Position numbers and translations under genes: made by a program | Source of the DNA: a virus | Taxonomy: Duplodnaviria; Caudoviricetes | Strand: one strand, 5' to 3' | Length of the DNA: 64,000 bases | Virus record (IMG/VR): IMGVR_UViG_2708743157_000002 | Coordinates: 3,166 to 67,165 of that record | In this document: positions 37,722 through 48,126 of the stretch, piece after piece | Layout: every line of letters starts with the position of its first letter | Position numbering within the stretch: position 1 is the first letter of the stretch | Notes under the pieces: generated by a model | What the model saw: only the letters and a program-made list of their open reading frames with translations | Database searches by the model: none | Told to the model about the DNA's origin: nothing

Positions 37722-38696
37722 CTATTCGCCGAAATAAAAATCCGAATCTTTGATCGCCTCGACCGTCGCCTTCTTATAGCCGTTGCCTTTTTGCGAGAAG
37801 AAGTCGTGCGATTTCGTCTTCGTATTTAGGCCGTTCATGACGATCGGATTCGGTCTTTCCTCCTCAAAATACGGATCGAAGCCGAGGTTTTGTAGCGCCT
37901 TATTCGCGTTGTACCGAAGGAAGCGTTTAACGTCGTGCGTTAAGCCGACCGCATCGTATAGATCCTCGGTATATGCGACCTCATTATCGTACAGATCCGT
38001 CAGCAGTTCAACGGCAAAGTCGCGCATCTCTAGTTGAACGTCCGGATCTTGCTTTCCGTAGATCTCCTGCGCCAATAAGCCGACGTAAACGCCGTGGATC
38101 GCTTCATCGCGAATGATAAGGTTAATTATCTCGCCGCTACTCGTTAGCTTTCCTTGGCCGGCGAAGTATAACGGATAATAAAAGCCGGAATAAAACAGGA
38201 AGCTTTCGAGGTAAACCGAAGCCACAAGCGCCTTATATAGCGAAAGGGCAGCGCCTTCTTTTATGTCGCGATATAGGCCGGTTATTAGCGCTGCCTTCCG
38301 CTGCAAATACGGATTGGTCTTGACCCATTCGAATACTTCGTTAATCGTCTCCGTCGGCGCCAGCGTCATGAATATGTTCGAATAGGACTTCGCATGGACG
38401 GCGTTCTCCATCATCGCCATGAAATTAAGAACGGCTTTACGTTGGTGGCCGTCAATATGCTGCGCAATGATCGGCATTCCGGTGTTTCCTTGCTCCGTGT
38501 CCAGAAGCGTCAGGCCGGCAAGACCCCGCATGTAGGTCGTCTGCTCGGCCGGACTTAGCGCCTTCCACGAAAGGAGATCGCCATTTAGCGAAATCTCCTC
38601 CGGAAGCCAGAACTGCTTAACGTTCTGCGCGTAGAACATTTGCGTGAATTCGTCTTCGTGGCGCGACCAGTTTGCTGCGTCATAAATTTTTGTCAC
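37722..38696 (-). CDS. nrdF: Ribonucleotide reductase class Ib beta subunit
   Basis: [40 protein letters not shown]. Confidence 0.96.
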   Translation of the reverse strand: MTKIYDAANWSRHEDEFTQMFYAQNVKQFWLPEEISLNGDLLSWKALSPAEQTTYMRGLAGLTLLDTEQGNTGMPIIAQHIDGHQRKAVLNFMAMMENAVHAKSYSNIFMTLAPTETINEVFEWVKTNPYLQRKAALITGLYRDIKEGAALSLYKALVASVYLESFLFYSGFYYPLYFAGQGKLTSSGEIINLIIRDEAIHGVYVGLLAQEIYGKQDPDVQLEMRDFAVELLTDLYDNEVAYTEDLYDAVGLTHDVKRFLRYNANKALQNLGFDPYFEEERPNPIVMNGLNTKTKSHDFFSQKGNGYKKATVEAIKDSDFYFGE

Positions 38697-38826
38697 TTAA
38701 CCGTATCCTCCCTGTTCAGATTTAATTTCGGAAAGTCTTTTCCAAAGAAATTTCTGAAATATAATCAGATTTTTAAAAATTTTGGGACGAAGTCCTATAT
38801 TACTGTCAAACAGACCGAAAGGATGA

Positions 38827-39039
38827 ATGACAGTGATTGATTTTCTACAGTCTTTATGGAATGCTACTGGAACACTAGATTGGAATGGGGTGGTTGTTAC
38901 TCTAATAGTTGAGAAAATTTTCGTCAGTTGGACTGCTCTGATTATTAGGATTCTAGCAGGAAAAATCCATGCAATTAGAAGCAGAAGAAGGCCTGGTGAT
39001 CCTATTAATTTTGAGCCAAAACGAAAACGCTCCTATTAG
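38827..39039 (+). CDS. Counter-oriented small membrane protein between nrdE and nrdF
   Basis: AT-rich insert, RBS aaagga, hydrophobic core. Confidence 0.5.
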   Translation: MTVIDFLQSLWNATGTLDWNGVVVTLIVEKIFVSWTALIIRILAGKIHAIRSRRRPGDPINFEPKRKRSY

Positions 39040-41159
39040 ACCGCACATGATAAGCAGCCCTCCTGCGTTGTGTCCTTCGTCCGCGCATAATATAGCGTTT
39101 TAATCCCTTTGTGATGCGCGTATAAGTCAATCCGATTCAAATCCCGCGTCGTCATCGTATCTTTCAAGAACAGCGTAAATGAGATGCCTTGATCGACGTG
39201 CTGCTGAATCGTTGCGATCATATCGACGACTTTAAACATATCCATGTCGTACGCTTCCTTGTAGAAAAACCAATTCTGCGGCGATAATCCCGGCATCGGG
39301 TAATACGTCTTCGAATTGCCGTACGTACGCTCCTCAATACGCTCCATAATCGGCATGACCGACGCAGTGGCCGACTGCACATACGAAATTGAGCCCGTTG
39401 GCGCGATCGCAAGTCTGTACGAATGGTAAAGCCCGTACTCGCAAACGTCCAATTCGAGGCGGTGCCAGGCGAGTCCGTCCGGAATCCAAACGTCTTTAAA
39501 CAACGCCTTTACTTTCTCCGTCTTTGGAAAACAGTCGATGTACTCTCCGCTCTGTTCGTCAACATACGCATATTTGCGGAAATACTCACCGTTAGCATAC
39601 GTCGACCCCTCGAATCCCTCGTACGTGCTACCGGTCTGCTGCGCCAATGCATTCGAACGTACAAGCGACCAGTAATTAACGAGCGCGAAGAATACGTTAG
39701 CGAAATCGCGCGCTTCCTCCGATTCATAAGCGATACCATTCTGCGCTAAATAGCCGTGCAAGTTCATCGCGCCGAGTCCGATCGAACGCATCTCCCGGTT
39801 AGCTCTTGCGACTGCCGGCGCATTCTTGATGTTCGATGTTTCGGATACGTGCGTGAGTGCATCGACGGAAAGCTTGACGATCGTTTCGAAGTCTCCGTTT
39901 GCCATAACGTTCGCAACGTTGAGCGATCCGAGATTACACGAAATATCGAGGCCGATTTCGTCTTCCTCGCCATAGTCGGTGTATTCCGATACTTGCGACG
40001 CCTGAAGAACCTCCGAGCATAAATTCGAAAACTTAACCTTCGATACGTGACCGTTCGCGTGCTCTGCGTTTACGTTGCCCTCGAACATGATGTACGGATA
40101 GCCCGATTCGGAACGCAGCACGGCGAGCTTTTCGAGGAGCTTACGCGCGTCGATTTTATCTTTACGGACGGCCGGATTGTCTACGAGCTGATCGTACATC
40201 TCTCCGATGTCCATTTCGTCTAAGTGTTGGCCATACGCTTTGTAAACGGTGTGCGGATAGAACACGTATGCCGGACGATTCTCTCGCGCCAGTTCGATGA
40301 ATTTATCCGGGATGACAACGCCGATGGATAACGTTTTGACCCGGACGTCTTCATCTGCCGAGATTTTCTTCGTATCAAGGAAATCGTGGATGTCCGCATG
40401 GAATACGTTTAGATACGCTGCGCCTGCCCCGCTTCTCGCGCCTTGCTGATCTGCATATCGGAACGCGTTATCGAGGAGCTTCATCACTCCGACGACGCCT
40501 TTCGTTACATTCTCGATGCCCTTAATCGCTTCACCTTTCGCGCGTATCTTCGTTAAATTCAACGAAACGCCTCCGCCTACTTTCGATAGTTGCATGGAGA
40601 TCCCGACGGCCCTTTCGATGTCATTTAACGAGTCACCCACTTCGAGCAGGAAACACGATACTAATTCGCCGCGACGCTTCCGGCCCGCATTCAAGAACGT
40701 CGGCGTTGACGGTTGATATTCTTGACGCATCATAAGATTTACGTACTCTATCGCCTTGGTTGCGTCTCCTTTCGCGAAGAATAGCGCGACAATAGAAACA
40801 CGGTCCTCGTAGCGTTCAAGAATCTTTTTACCGTCGTTCGTCTTCAGCGCATAGTCGTTGTAGAATTTGAACGCGCTCATGAACGATGGGAAACGGAATT
40901 TGTGCGCATAGGCCGCCTGATAAACCGCTTTAATTTCATCGAACGTATAGGCGTCGAGGAATTCGGTTTCGTAGTAATCGTTCTCGCGCAGATAATCGAG
41001 CTTCTCGCCCAAGTCGTGGAAAAATACGGTGTTTTGATTTACGTAGTCGATAAAATAAGCGCGGACGGCTTCGATATCCTTTTCGAATTGGAACCGGCCG
41101 TCCTTCTGTATCATGATTTCGTTATTCAATTCGATATAGCTTGCGTGTTTATTCGTCAA
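39036..41159 (-). CDS. nrdE: Ribonucleotide reductase class Ib alpha subunit
   Basis: PSTPTFLNAGR, LVSCFLL, SNLCSEV, SCNLGSLN, IAPTGSIS, C-terminal CLSCAV; uninterrupted. Confidence 0.97.
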   Translation of the reverse strand: MTNKHASYIELNNEIMIQKDGRFQFEKDIEAVRAYFIDYVNQNTVFFHDLGEKLDYLRENDYYETEFLDAYTFDEIKAVYQAAYAHKFRFPSFMSAFKFYNDYALKTNDGKKILERYEDRVSIVALFFAKGDATKAIEYVNLMMRQEYQPSTPTFLNAGRKRRGELVSCFLLEVGDSLNDIERAVGISMQLSKVGGGVSLNLTKIRAKGEAIKGIENVTKGVVGVMKLLDNAFRYADQQGARSGAGAAYLNVFHADIHDFLDTKKISADEDVRVKTLSIGVVIPDKFIELARENRPAYVFYPHTVYKAYGQHLDEMDIGEMYDQLVDNPAVRKDKIDARKLLEKLAVLRSESGYPYIMFEGNVNAEHANGHVSKVKFSNLCSEVLQASQVSEYTDYGEEDEIGLDISCNLGSLNVANVMANGDFETIVKLSVDALTHVSETSNIKNAPAVARANREMRSIGLGAMNLHGYLAQNGIAYESEEARDFANVFFALVNYWSLVRSNALAQQTGSTYEGFEGSTYANGEYFRKYAYVDEQSGEYIDCFPKTEKVKALFKDVWIPDGLAWHRLELDVCEYGLYHSYRLAIAPTGSISYVQSATASVMPIMERIEERTYGNSKTYYPMPGLSPQNWFFYKEAYDMDMFKVVDMIATIQQHVDQGISFTLFLKDTMTTRDLNRIDLYAHHKGIKTLYYARTKDTTQEGCLSCAV

Positions 41160-41505
41160 GCGCATTCACCCTTTCGATAAATTGTCGTACATCTGCGTCC
41201 GTGCCCGCCAGTTCAAAGCGCCCGACCACCGGCACGCCGTATAGCGCCGCAATCACATCGGCCGCCTTTGCGAAATTATCGCCCCACGCCCTGTTACCTG
41301 AAGCAGCCACGCCCGCAAGATAGTCGCTGTTATTCGCAAGGAAATCCGAAACTGTGCCGGCGACCTGACCGAAGCCGTACGTACCGGTCACGCATACGAA
41401 CGGCTCGGCGAGCATTAGTCCCGACTTAATTTCGACGGCGGCTAGGCCGGTCTTTGCGACGAATCGGCGGACGTTTCCAGTCAGCGAATAATAAGCGATT
41501 AGCAT
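41149..41505 (-). CDS. nrdI: Flavodoxin-like RNR cofactor-assembly protein
   Basis: YYSLTGNVRRFV, GVAASGNRAWG.NFAKAA, FELAGT. Confidence 0.95.
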   Translation of the reverse strand: MLIAYYSLTGNVRRFVAKTGLAAVEIKSGLMLAEPFVCVTGTYGFGQVAGTVSDFLANNSDYLAGVAASGNRAWGDNFAKAADVIAALYGVPVVGRFELAGTDADVRQFIERVNALDE

Positions 41506-41510
41506 CCGAT

Positions 41511-41696
41511 CTACCCCTTCCGTCTCTCAATCTCCGCCTCAACTTCGTCCAGACGCGCCTGTGTCCGTTCACGTTCGATTCGCTCTTCTATCAGTTTCCG
41601 GTCGTGAAAGCTGATGGCGGTATCACTTTCGATCAGTTTTTCGTTAAGCCAGCGTCTCATGTTCCGCAAACCTTCGTCAGTCGCTCCGTAAATCAT
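41511..41696 (-). CDS. Small coiled-coil protein
   Basis: ORF track; coupled to neighbours. Confidence 0.55.
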   Translation of the reverse strand: MIYGATDEGLRNMRRWLNEKLIESDTAISFHDRKLIEERIERERTQARLDEVEAEIERRKG

Positions 41697-41941
41697 TCAG
41701 CCGCCCTCGCCTTCTCGCGTTTATGTGCGCAATATGGTTCAACGATCAGCCATAAGATAAAACGGACGATTCCGTAAAGTCCGACGAGGAGCAGGCCGAA
41801 AACGGCAACTACTATAGCCAACGTCCTTACTACCGGAAACCCCGCAGACCAAATTATTAGGCTAACGGGCACAAGATACGCCACACCTGAACATATCCAC
41901 GAAATCGTTTCGTATAATCTCCGCTTAAACATTCGCATCAC
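41693..41941 (-). CDS. Small membrane protein
   Basis: Two to three hydrophobic segments. Confidence 0.55.
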   Translation of the reverse strand: MMRMFKRRLYETISWICSGVAYLVPVSLIIWSAGFPVVRTLAIVVAVFGLLLVGLYGIVRFILWLIVEPYCAHKREKARAAE

Positions 41942-41986
41942 TCCAAGTCGATTTTATATTCGGTCGTAATCGTATCTTCCGGTATG

Positions 41987-42388
41987 TTACTTCCCTTTAC
42001 TTGTTTGTAGTTTAATGTCTGGGATGATCTCCTCCGGGCGGAACAGCACTTTGTAATGGTAAGCGTCCTCATACTTGGCGTCCGTTTGCTCTACGAAGTA
42101 ACTTACGTTGTCACTCAGCCCGAGGTAATGCTTTTTGTACTGATCCTTTCCGACCTTACAGGTGACGGTTATTTTCTTTGCGCTGCTCGTGTCAAGTGCA
42201 CATAACCCTTCAATAGTCAACAGATACTTGTCAGTAATCCCGTTAAAGAATACGACTCTCCTCTGTACTTCGAATGAGTCAGCAGACTTTGACAGATTTT
42301 CTGATATGGTATCTGCTTCCGTAGTACAGCCTGCTAGTGAAATAATCGCTACTAGACCAGCAAATACCATTACAAGTTTCTTTTTCAT
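41987..42388 (-). CDS. Phage lipoprotein
   Basis: MKKK...LAGC lipobox; RRVVFFNGITD and KHYLGLSDNVSYFVEQ motifs; RBS aggagg. Confidence 0.8.
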   Translation of the reverse strand: MKKKLVMVFAGLVAIISLAGCTTEADTISENLSKSADSFEVQRRVVFFNGITDKYLLTIEGLCALDTSSAKKITVTCKVGKDQYKKHYLGLSDNVSYFVEQTDAKYEDAYHYKVLFRPEEIIPDIKLQTSKGK

Positions 42389-42445
42389 ATGATTGTTTCC
42401 TCCTAATTTGTTATCCCACACAGTGAGCTACTTCTAATCCTCAAT

Positions 42446-42970
42446 TTAACCCGGTTTTATAATCTTCTCGCGAACAAGATACGAAAGCCCGATCGCAACC
42501 GCATCCGATTCGTCATCTGTCCGAAATGTAAAGTCGACCGGGAGCGAAAGCATCCGCCGTACTCTCGCCTCTACTTCGTCTTTTGATGCGCTGCCTTTTC
42601 CGGTTACGTCCTTTTTAACCGTTGTCGGCGTGATTTCCACATCCGCCTTATAGCCGTATTTGCCGAGCGCTAAGTCGATGACCGCCCATGCGCCAAACAC
42701 CGTCTGTGTCGATCGTTTATTGCGCCCTTTCGTATAATGCTCCCGGACAACAACGTCGAACGGTCCGTATTCGTGCAGAACCATCGTCGCTGCGGCCTCG
42801 ATATAGGAATACCGGTAGCTGTCCGGAGACTGGCTCGTCGTGCTGACAGACGTTACGTGTACGAGATTCACGCGCGGCCCTGACTTCAGATGTTTGACTT
42901 CGAGGACTGCAAAGCCGGGGTTAGTCGATATATCTAACGCGAGAATGCGGGTAGGCTTGGCGCTAGTCAT
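42446..42970 (-). CDS. ruvC: RuvC-like Holliday junction resolvase
   Basis: RILALDIS, VVRE, P.TVKK.VTGKG.ASK, DESDAVAI. Confidence 0.88.
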   Translation of the reverse strand: MTSAKPTRILALDISTNPGFAVLEVKHLKSGPRVNLVHVTSVSTTSQSPDSYRYSYIEAAATMVLHEYGPFDVVVREHYTKGRNKRSTQTVFGAWAVIDLALGKYGYKADVEITPTTVKKDVTGKGSASKDEVEARVRRMLSLPVDFTFRTDDESDAVAIGLSYLVREKIIKPG

Positions 42971-43599
42971 TCGTCAGAACCTTCAATTCTGATGGGTAAA
43001 ATGAGCGCTAATAAGTCTTGGCTGTCTTCGGGAGAAATAGTAAAAGGTCGAAAAGATCCGTAGTAACGGAGGATTATTTTATCGGTTTTACACGCTTTAA
43101 AAAGGCTAAGAGCGTCAACGAAATACTGAGTATCGATAATCAACTTGACGTCTTCGTCTCCATTAAACTGCCCACCTGTAAACTGCGAAAACATAAGAGA
43201 GTTTTTTATCGTTATTGTAGGGAGGCTACCTGAATTTGCGTTTAATTTAACAAACGCTTTTTCTCCTGAAGCTACTTGATTACATTTTAATAGTGCACTC
43301 ACCCCGGATAGTAGATCTTTTGTATCGAATAAAATTTCGGCAATGGTATTGCTAACACTGGGAATTAGTCGGTCAACAGGAGGATAATTTCCGTCAATCT
43401 GATCTCCTGTTTTGGGATCTAGCACTGTAGGCTCATTCCCATGAGTAGCATTTTTAGCTAGGTACAAACGATGCGAGTCAGTAACTACCAGGTTTCCATC
43501 TTCCGTGTGATGAACTCCTTTAAGTACTGGACGCCCCGAAGGAGCGTTTTTCGTTATCTTTTCCGCGTGCTTCATAAACATAATATAAGGAATTTTCAT
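42967..43599 (-). CDS. Truncated DNA sliding clamp (beta-clamp)-like protein
   Basis: RPVLKGVH, VVTDSHRL, GNYP.VDRLIP, RPFTI, LILPIR; start refined to MKIPY. Confidence 0.75.
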   Translation of the reverse strand: MKIPYIMFMKHAEKITKNAPSGRPVLKGVHHTEDGNLVVTDSHRLYLAKNATHGNEPTVLDPKTGDQIDGNYPPVDRLIPSVSNTIAEILFDTKDLLSGVSALLKCNQVASGEKAFVKLNANSGSLPTITIKNSLMFSQFTGGQFNGDEDVKLIIDTQYFVDALSLFKACKTDKIILRYYGSFRPFTISPEDSQDLLALILPIRIEGSDE

Positions 43600-43600
43600 A

Positions 43601-44659
43601 TCAAACCGCCTCCCCTTTGCGTACTTTTTCGATAAACTCAAGCGCCCCGGCGTACTGCCTTTTCGTAGAATCAAAGACGTTCGACCGTTTGACTCGCGAA
43701 ACTTTATCGCGAATGGCTTCCAGCTCGGCTGCCGTAAGCGATTGCGCAATAGCCGTTTTGTATCCGTTGAATGTCCAGCCGTTAAGGTCGACTGCCATCG
43801 GCTTGCCGTCATCAATCGAATTCTGGATTTCTACGAATCTATCGAGCAGCACTTCGACGTCGTCGCGTCCGATTTCGAGGCCGAACGCCCGGATGTCCGG
43901 CGACTTTTCGAAGTCTCCTTCTTCGTACTCCCACGCCTTCTTAGACGCGTTTACGTAGAGGATTACGTATAAGTCAACGCCATACATTTCCGCATAAGCG
44001 ACACACTGTTTAACGTGTTTTTCGTCCGGCTTCTTCATCGAATAGAAAGACGTACGGGCTGCGCTCGTTTGCTTCGATTTGATCTCGAGGCCCACGCGCA
44101 ATACTTCGCCATCTTCGGTTACATAACGCATGATGCCGTCGCACGTTCCGAAGAGGTGAAACGTCTTGCCGCCGCGCTCGATCTTATGGTTCCGCTTGGC
44201 GAAGTCCTCGAACATCGGCGTACCGTCCGGATTGCGTTCGAAACTGAACGGACAGGGACGGCCGACTTTCTTTTCGAAATGTTTTTCCATGAAGAGCAGG
44301 TCGCGCTGGATCATATCGCCGATTGCCGTTCCGATGCGGGTCCATCGCCCCTGATACGGAGGCTTTCGCGTTATGTCTCGCGGATCGCCAAGCGCCTTAT
44401 GATAAAGTTCACGCGGGCAGGCATTCGCAGAGGACGGCGAGAAATACGGTTTCTTCGGAAATACTTTCGGAGCATCTGCGTACCATCGGTGGATCTGCGC
44501 GTCCAGCGCGTTATCCCACGGTTCCGGCAGCGAGTGCCATTCGTTTAGATATTCGATGAGTTCATCCGCAATCTGCTGTGCATAGCCGGTCGGTTCGGGT
44601 GCCGGCGCTAATTGGGCGCGTAGTGAGTTTGCGGCTGATCGTGCGTTTGCGTTCGTCAA
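43601..44659 (-). CDS. PD-(D/E)XK (Cas4/RecB-like) exonuclease
   Basis: FSPSSANACPRELY, GTCDGI, LEIKSK, Q...Y. Confidence 0.8.
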   Translation of the reverse strand: MTNANARSAANSLRAQLAPAPEPTGYAQQIADELIEYLNEWHSLPEPWDNALDAQIHRWYADAPKVFPKKPYFSPSSANACPRELYHKALGDPRDITRKPPYQGRWTRIGTAIGDMIQRDLLFMEKHFEKKVGRPCPFSFERNPDGTPMFEDFAKRNHKIERGGKTFHLFGTCDGIMRYVTEDGEVLRVGLEIKSKQTSAARTSFYSMKKPDEKHVKQCVAYAEMYGVDLYVILYVNASKKAWEYEEGDFEKSPDIRAFGLEIGRDDVEVLLDRFVEIQNSIDDGKPMAVDLNGWTFNGYKTAIAQSLTAAELEAIRDKVSRVKRSNVFDSTKRQYAGALEFIEKVRKGEAV

Positions 44660-44952
44660 ACTGCCACCCACTTCGTTACTGTGACTTCACGTTTCTCCAC
44701 TTCGGTAATTTCGGCCGGATCGTCGGCTCCGTAAATTTCGCTATCATACGTCCAGTCAGACCATTCAGAGCCGGACCTGCCAATTTCTCCGCGATAATGC
44801 TTCTTTCCATCGGTGAAAATAACAGTTTTACGTTGGTGCTTATGTTCGTGCTCCCATTCACTTTCCTCTACGACTATATAGGTCACATCTCCGATATCAA
44901 TTCCACCCTCAAACGCCATGTCTTCCAGTTGCTCAATCGTAAATTTAACCAA
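44656..44952 (-). CDS. Hypothetical acidic protein
   Basis: ORF track; EV.KREV.VT.W C-terminus. Confidence 0.65.
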   Translation of the reverse strand: MVKFTIEQLEDMAFEGGIDIGDVTYIVVEESEWEHEHKHQRKTVIFTDGKKHYRGEIGRSGSEWSDWTYDSEIYGADDPAEITEVEKREVTVTKWVAV

Positions 44953-47760
44953 TTAAACCGCCTCCTTATTTTTAAACCATTCGTCCGGCCCATACTCTTC
45001 CATCCAACACGGCTCGATTACCGTATCGCAATCTAATGGAAGAACTAGCTCGAACGTATTCGTCATAATGTCGTCAAATAAATCCGTTGCTTCTCGCGTC
45101 AATTGTTCGTTAGGAATGGCGCATTTTAATTCGTCATGCAGCGTCAGAGGGAATTCCCATTCGCGACCTAAAACACATTCGTAATAAACGCGAATCATAC
45201 ACATTTGAAGAATATTTGCGCCCGATCCTTGAATCGTATGGTTAAAGGCAGCGCGTTCACAGCCGCCAGTAAATCGCATCAGATCCCAGAATTCAGACCG
45301 TTCTTCCCACCGTAGTTTATTCGTCTTCTTACCGAGCTCCGGATCGTTTTTGTCGGTGATGCCACATTTACGCATAAGTTGGCAAAGCCGTTTGTATTTC
45401 TCGACGTATCCCGGAAAACGACGTTTCTGTTTGAAGATCGTCGCGGTCCAGCCATGCTTGCGTAAATGTGCGAACGTAGCCTCGACCATCCCTTTGAAGC
45501 CCGGTAAGATTTCGTCAAACTTTCCGTAGGCGACTTTCGCTTGTTCTTCACTAATTCCGAAAGGGATAACGCCCTTGTAGAACATATCGAACGCCTGACC
45601 GTAACCAATCGCGAGGAACATCTGCTTCATCGCTTTTCGGTAAGCTGGAACTGCGTCAGGAGTCCCTTTTACGGATTTATAATAAGCCTCCGTACATATC
45701 TCTTGCGGAACATTGAAAAGAATTGCGGCAAACTCAACGTATGGATCAAGACCACGCCGGTACATATCCGCGAATATCTCGTCTCCGAACTCCGTCGCCA
45801 TCCGGTGCGCCTGAATCCTTGGCTCAATCGATGATAAATCCGATCCGATGAACGTATATCCTCCCGGCGGCCTAAACGCCATCCTCACGCGTTGACCTCG
45901 TTCAGTACGCGACGGAATGTTTTGGATATTACGCCCCTTCTCCGTTTTCTTTGGCGCATCGACTAAGCGTTTCATATGTTCGAGAAAACCTTCATCGGAA
46001 ATATTTTCGCGATAGAGTTCGTTATCTTTTCCCGTGTAGCTTTTCGAACTATAACGACCAGTTGATACGGTCTGTAGCTGTGTATGAAGGCGCCCATCCG
46101 CATCCTTAACATAAGGAATACGGTTAATGAACGTCCCTAGCAGCGTCGTTAGTTCAGAGAATGTTGCCATCGGTTTAAGACGCGGCTCCTCTTTAAAGTA
46201 GAGCGCAAGTACGTCCTTACTAACCGCGCGCTCTTTCTTCTTATCGATGATCTTCGTCTTGTCTTCGATTCCAAGCACATCGTATATTAGATACTGAACG
46301 TGCTGATCTGAATCGAGGTTGAATTCATGAATATAATCCGGCGCGTTCTGCGGAATAGCTGGCGCCAGTGGTTGCGTTTTGTATTTACGGATACGATCTT
46401 TAAGCTGCGCGTATTTTTTCGTTGTTGGATTCGCCTTTTTAAACTCCGCTTCACATTTCGCAAGCATCTCCGCTTGTTTAGCGATTTGTTTCTTGCGGTT
46501 CTCCTGCCAAGCCCGAATCTTATCGCCCTTAAGGTGCATCGACATTTTATAAAGGAAATCGTCATCGATCTGATATGCTTCGTGTATATCATCGATCGCT
46601 TGTTGTAATTGCGGTTCGTATTCGGCCTTCAATCGCATAAGTTCTTCGTCATCGATCACGAAGCCAGTACGTTCAATGGTCGTGTTTACTTCGTAGAGAT
46701 ACTGACGGATTTCGAAATACGGATAATAGAGGTCGTCAACCTGCAGCATCATATCGATTTGCCAACGCGTTAGAAGCCATCCTTTTTCGGTATCCTTGAT
46801 CGCGTATATACCGACTACTTCAGGCGAGTAGACCATCGGAGAACCCTTTCCGAAAAGATCCTCGAATGTGAAATCGTCCAGATGATCTGCGCCGATGTAT
46901 TGTTTGTACTTCGTGACGAGCTCTTTCAGACTCATCGATTGCTCATGCTCGTTCATTAATCGCGCAGCATCTAACGAGTCATATCGGAAACCTTTCGGCT
47001 CAAGACCATCGTTCAGAAACATCGCGTAGTCGAAGGGCGTATTATGGAACGCTTTGATGTGTCGCGCGTCCTCAATGAAAGCCCGGCAAACTTCTAGCGC
47101 AACTGATCGCGTACATTGCTCATCGTCAGTTAAGTGTCCGTATGCGACGTAATATCCTTCGTTCAAACACGGCAGCCAGAACGAATAGCCGCCCGACATA
47201 TCAATGAACGTATCAGTTCCGGATGTCTCCGTATCCCATTCGGTAAATGACATCGCGAGTGGGATTTCAATGCCTCGTTCCGCTAGCTTTCGTCTGATGT
47301 GCGTATTGTTAAAGAGATCGAATACTTTACGGAACCATGGGTCGAGTTGCTGCGCTTTTACTTCTTGACGCAACCGTTCGATCATTGGCGCCAGATCTTC
47401 GTCCTTCGTAATAACGTAGTAATTGTCCGGCTTTGTGCGAACTGTTTCTTCCATTCGCTTCTGTCGCAAAACCTCGTTCTCTTTCGCGAGCTGCTGTTTA
47501 CCGAGTGCACACGCTTCTGTTTTCGTCAGCTTGTTCTTTTTCGTACGGACTAAATCTCCGGCCTTATGCGCTCGCCATGCCGCATCAAACTCGCGTCTTT
47601 CTTTGTCGTTAAACTTGCACGTCCTAGCGATGCGCTCGAAAGCCTCGTCGAGCGTTTCCGTTTTCTTCGCTTCTGATTTCCGCTTGGCCGTCGCCTCTAC
47701 TGCGTCTGATTTCGGCGCCGCCGGCTTCAGTGCGTTCATATTTAACCGTAAGCCTTCCAT
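44953..47760 (-). CDS. Family A DNA polymerase with 3'-5' exonuclease
   Basis: WDTETSG, FHN..FD, YAIKD (Exo I-III); TGRYSS, NIQNIP, DLSSIEPR, RKAMKQMFLAIGYG, HDE. Confidence 0.95.
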   Translation of the reverse strand: MEGLRLNMNALKPAAPKSDAVEATAKRKSEAKKTETLDEAFERIARTCKFNDKERREFDAAWRAHKAGDLVRTKKNKLTKTEACALGKQQLAKENEVLRQKRMEETVRTKPDNYYVITKDEDLAPMIERLRQEVKAQQLDPWFRKVFDLFNNTHIRRKLAERGIEIPLAMSFTEWDTETSGTDTFIDMSGGYSFWLPCLNEGYYVAYGHLTDDEQCTRSVALEVCRAFIEDARHIKAFHNTPFDYAMFLNDGLEPKGFRYDSLDAARLMNEHEQSMSLKELVTKYKQYIGADHLDDFTFEDLFGKGSPMVYSPEVVGIYAIKDTEKGWLLTRWQIDMMLQVDDLYYPYFEIRQYLYEVNTTIERTGFVIDDEELMRLKAEYEPQLQQAIDDIHEAYQIDDDFLYKMSMHLKGDKIRAWQENRKKQIAKQAEMLAKCEAEFKKANPTTKKYAQLKDRIRKYKTQPLAPAIPQNAPDYIHEFNLDSDQHVQYLIYDVLGIEDKTKIIDKKKERAVSKDVLALYFKEEPRLKPMATFSELTTLLGTFINRIPYVKDADGRLHTQLQTVSTGRYSSKSYTGKDNELYRENISDEGFLEHMKRLVDAPKKTEKGRNIQNIPSRTERGQRVRMAFRPPGGYTFIGSDLSSIEPRIQAHRMATEFGDEIFADMYRRGLDPYVEFAAILFNVPQEICTEAYYKSVKGTPDAVPAYRKAMKQMFLAIGYGQAFDMFYKGVIPFGISEEQAKVAYGKFDEILPGFKGMVEATFAHLRKHGWTATIFKQKRRFPGYVEKYKRLCQLMRKCGITDKNDPELGKKTNKLRWEERSEFWDLMRFTGGCERAAFNHTIQGSGANILQMCMIRVYYECVLGREWEFPLTLHDELKCAIPNEQLTREATDLFDDIMTNTFELVLPLDCDTVIEPCWMEEYGPDEWFKNKEAV

Positions 47761-47794
47761 CCGTCGTCCTCCTTCCTCGCGAAGTAATTGCGGG

Positions 47795-47950
47795 TTATTC
47801 CGCCCGATAGTTCATAATTCCGTAAAGTAACGCTAGTATTCCGAATAAGGTAACGCCTACCCATTCGTTGTTAACTCCGGAAAGCACGCCCATTCCTACG
47901 AAATAAGCGCCGAATGTGTACGAGAATATTCGATCTACTTTCGCCCTCAT
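47795..47950 (-). CDS. Small two-TM protein (51 aa)
   Basis: Manually translated; RBS ggaggcgg. Confidence 0.5.
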   Translation of the reverse strand: MRAKVDRIFSYTFGAYFVGMGVLSGVNNEWVGVTLFGILALLYGIMNYRAE

Positions 47951-48126
47951 AAATCGACCGCCTCCGTCCATCTTCGTTTATAATCCGCTTCGCTCTCCGC
48001 ATACCACTCCGACCAGCAAGACGGCCCGCACGCATATACCTCGAAGAGCGAATCGTAAATTGCGGAGCGCCCTTCGGGAAGGTTAGCGTTACATGCGGCG
48101 CAGACGGCGGCCGGCTTAGCGGTCAA
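47947..48126 (-). CDS. Small zinc-finger protein (59 aa, CAAC...CGPSC)
   Basis: Manually translated; TTG start after gagg. Confidence 0.5.
   Translation of the reverse strand: MTAKPAAVCAACNANLPEGRSAIYDSLFEVYACGPSCWSEWYAESEADYKRRWTEAVDL

Noticed and set aside
37722-41159. Introns or inteins in nrdE/nrdF, or metal-free class Ie RNR
   Set aside because: Both ORFs are continuous and of normal length; NrdF retains the Asp/Glu/His metal ligands
43601-44659. CRISPR-associated Cas4
   Set aside because: Stand-alone nuclease in the replication module with no C-terminal Cys cluster and no array
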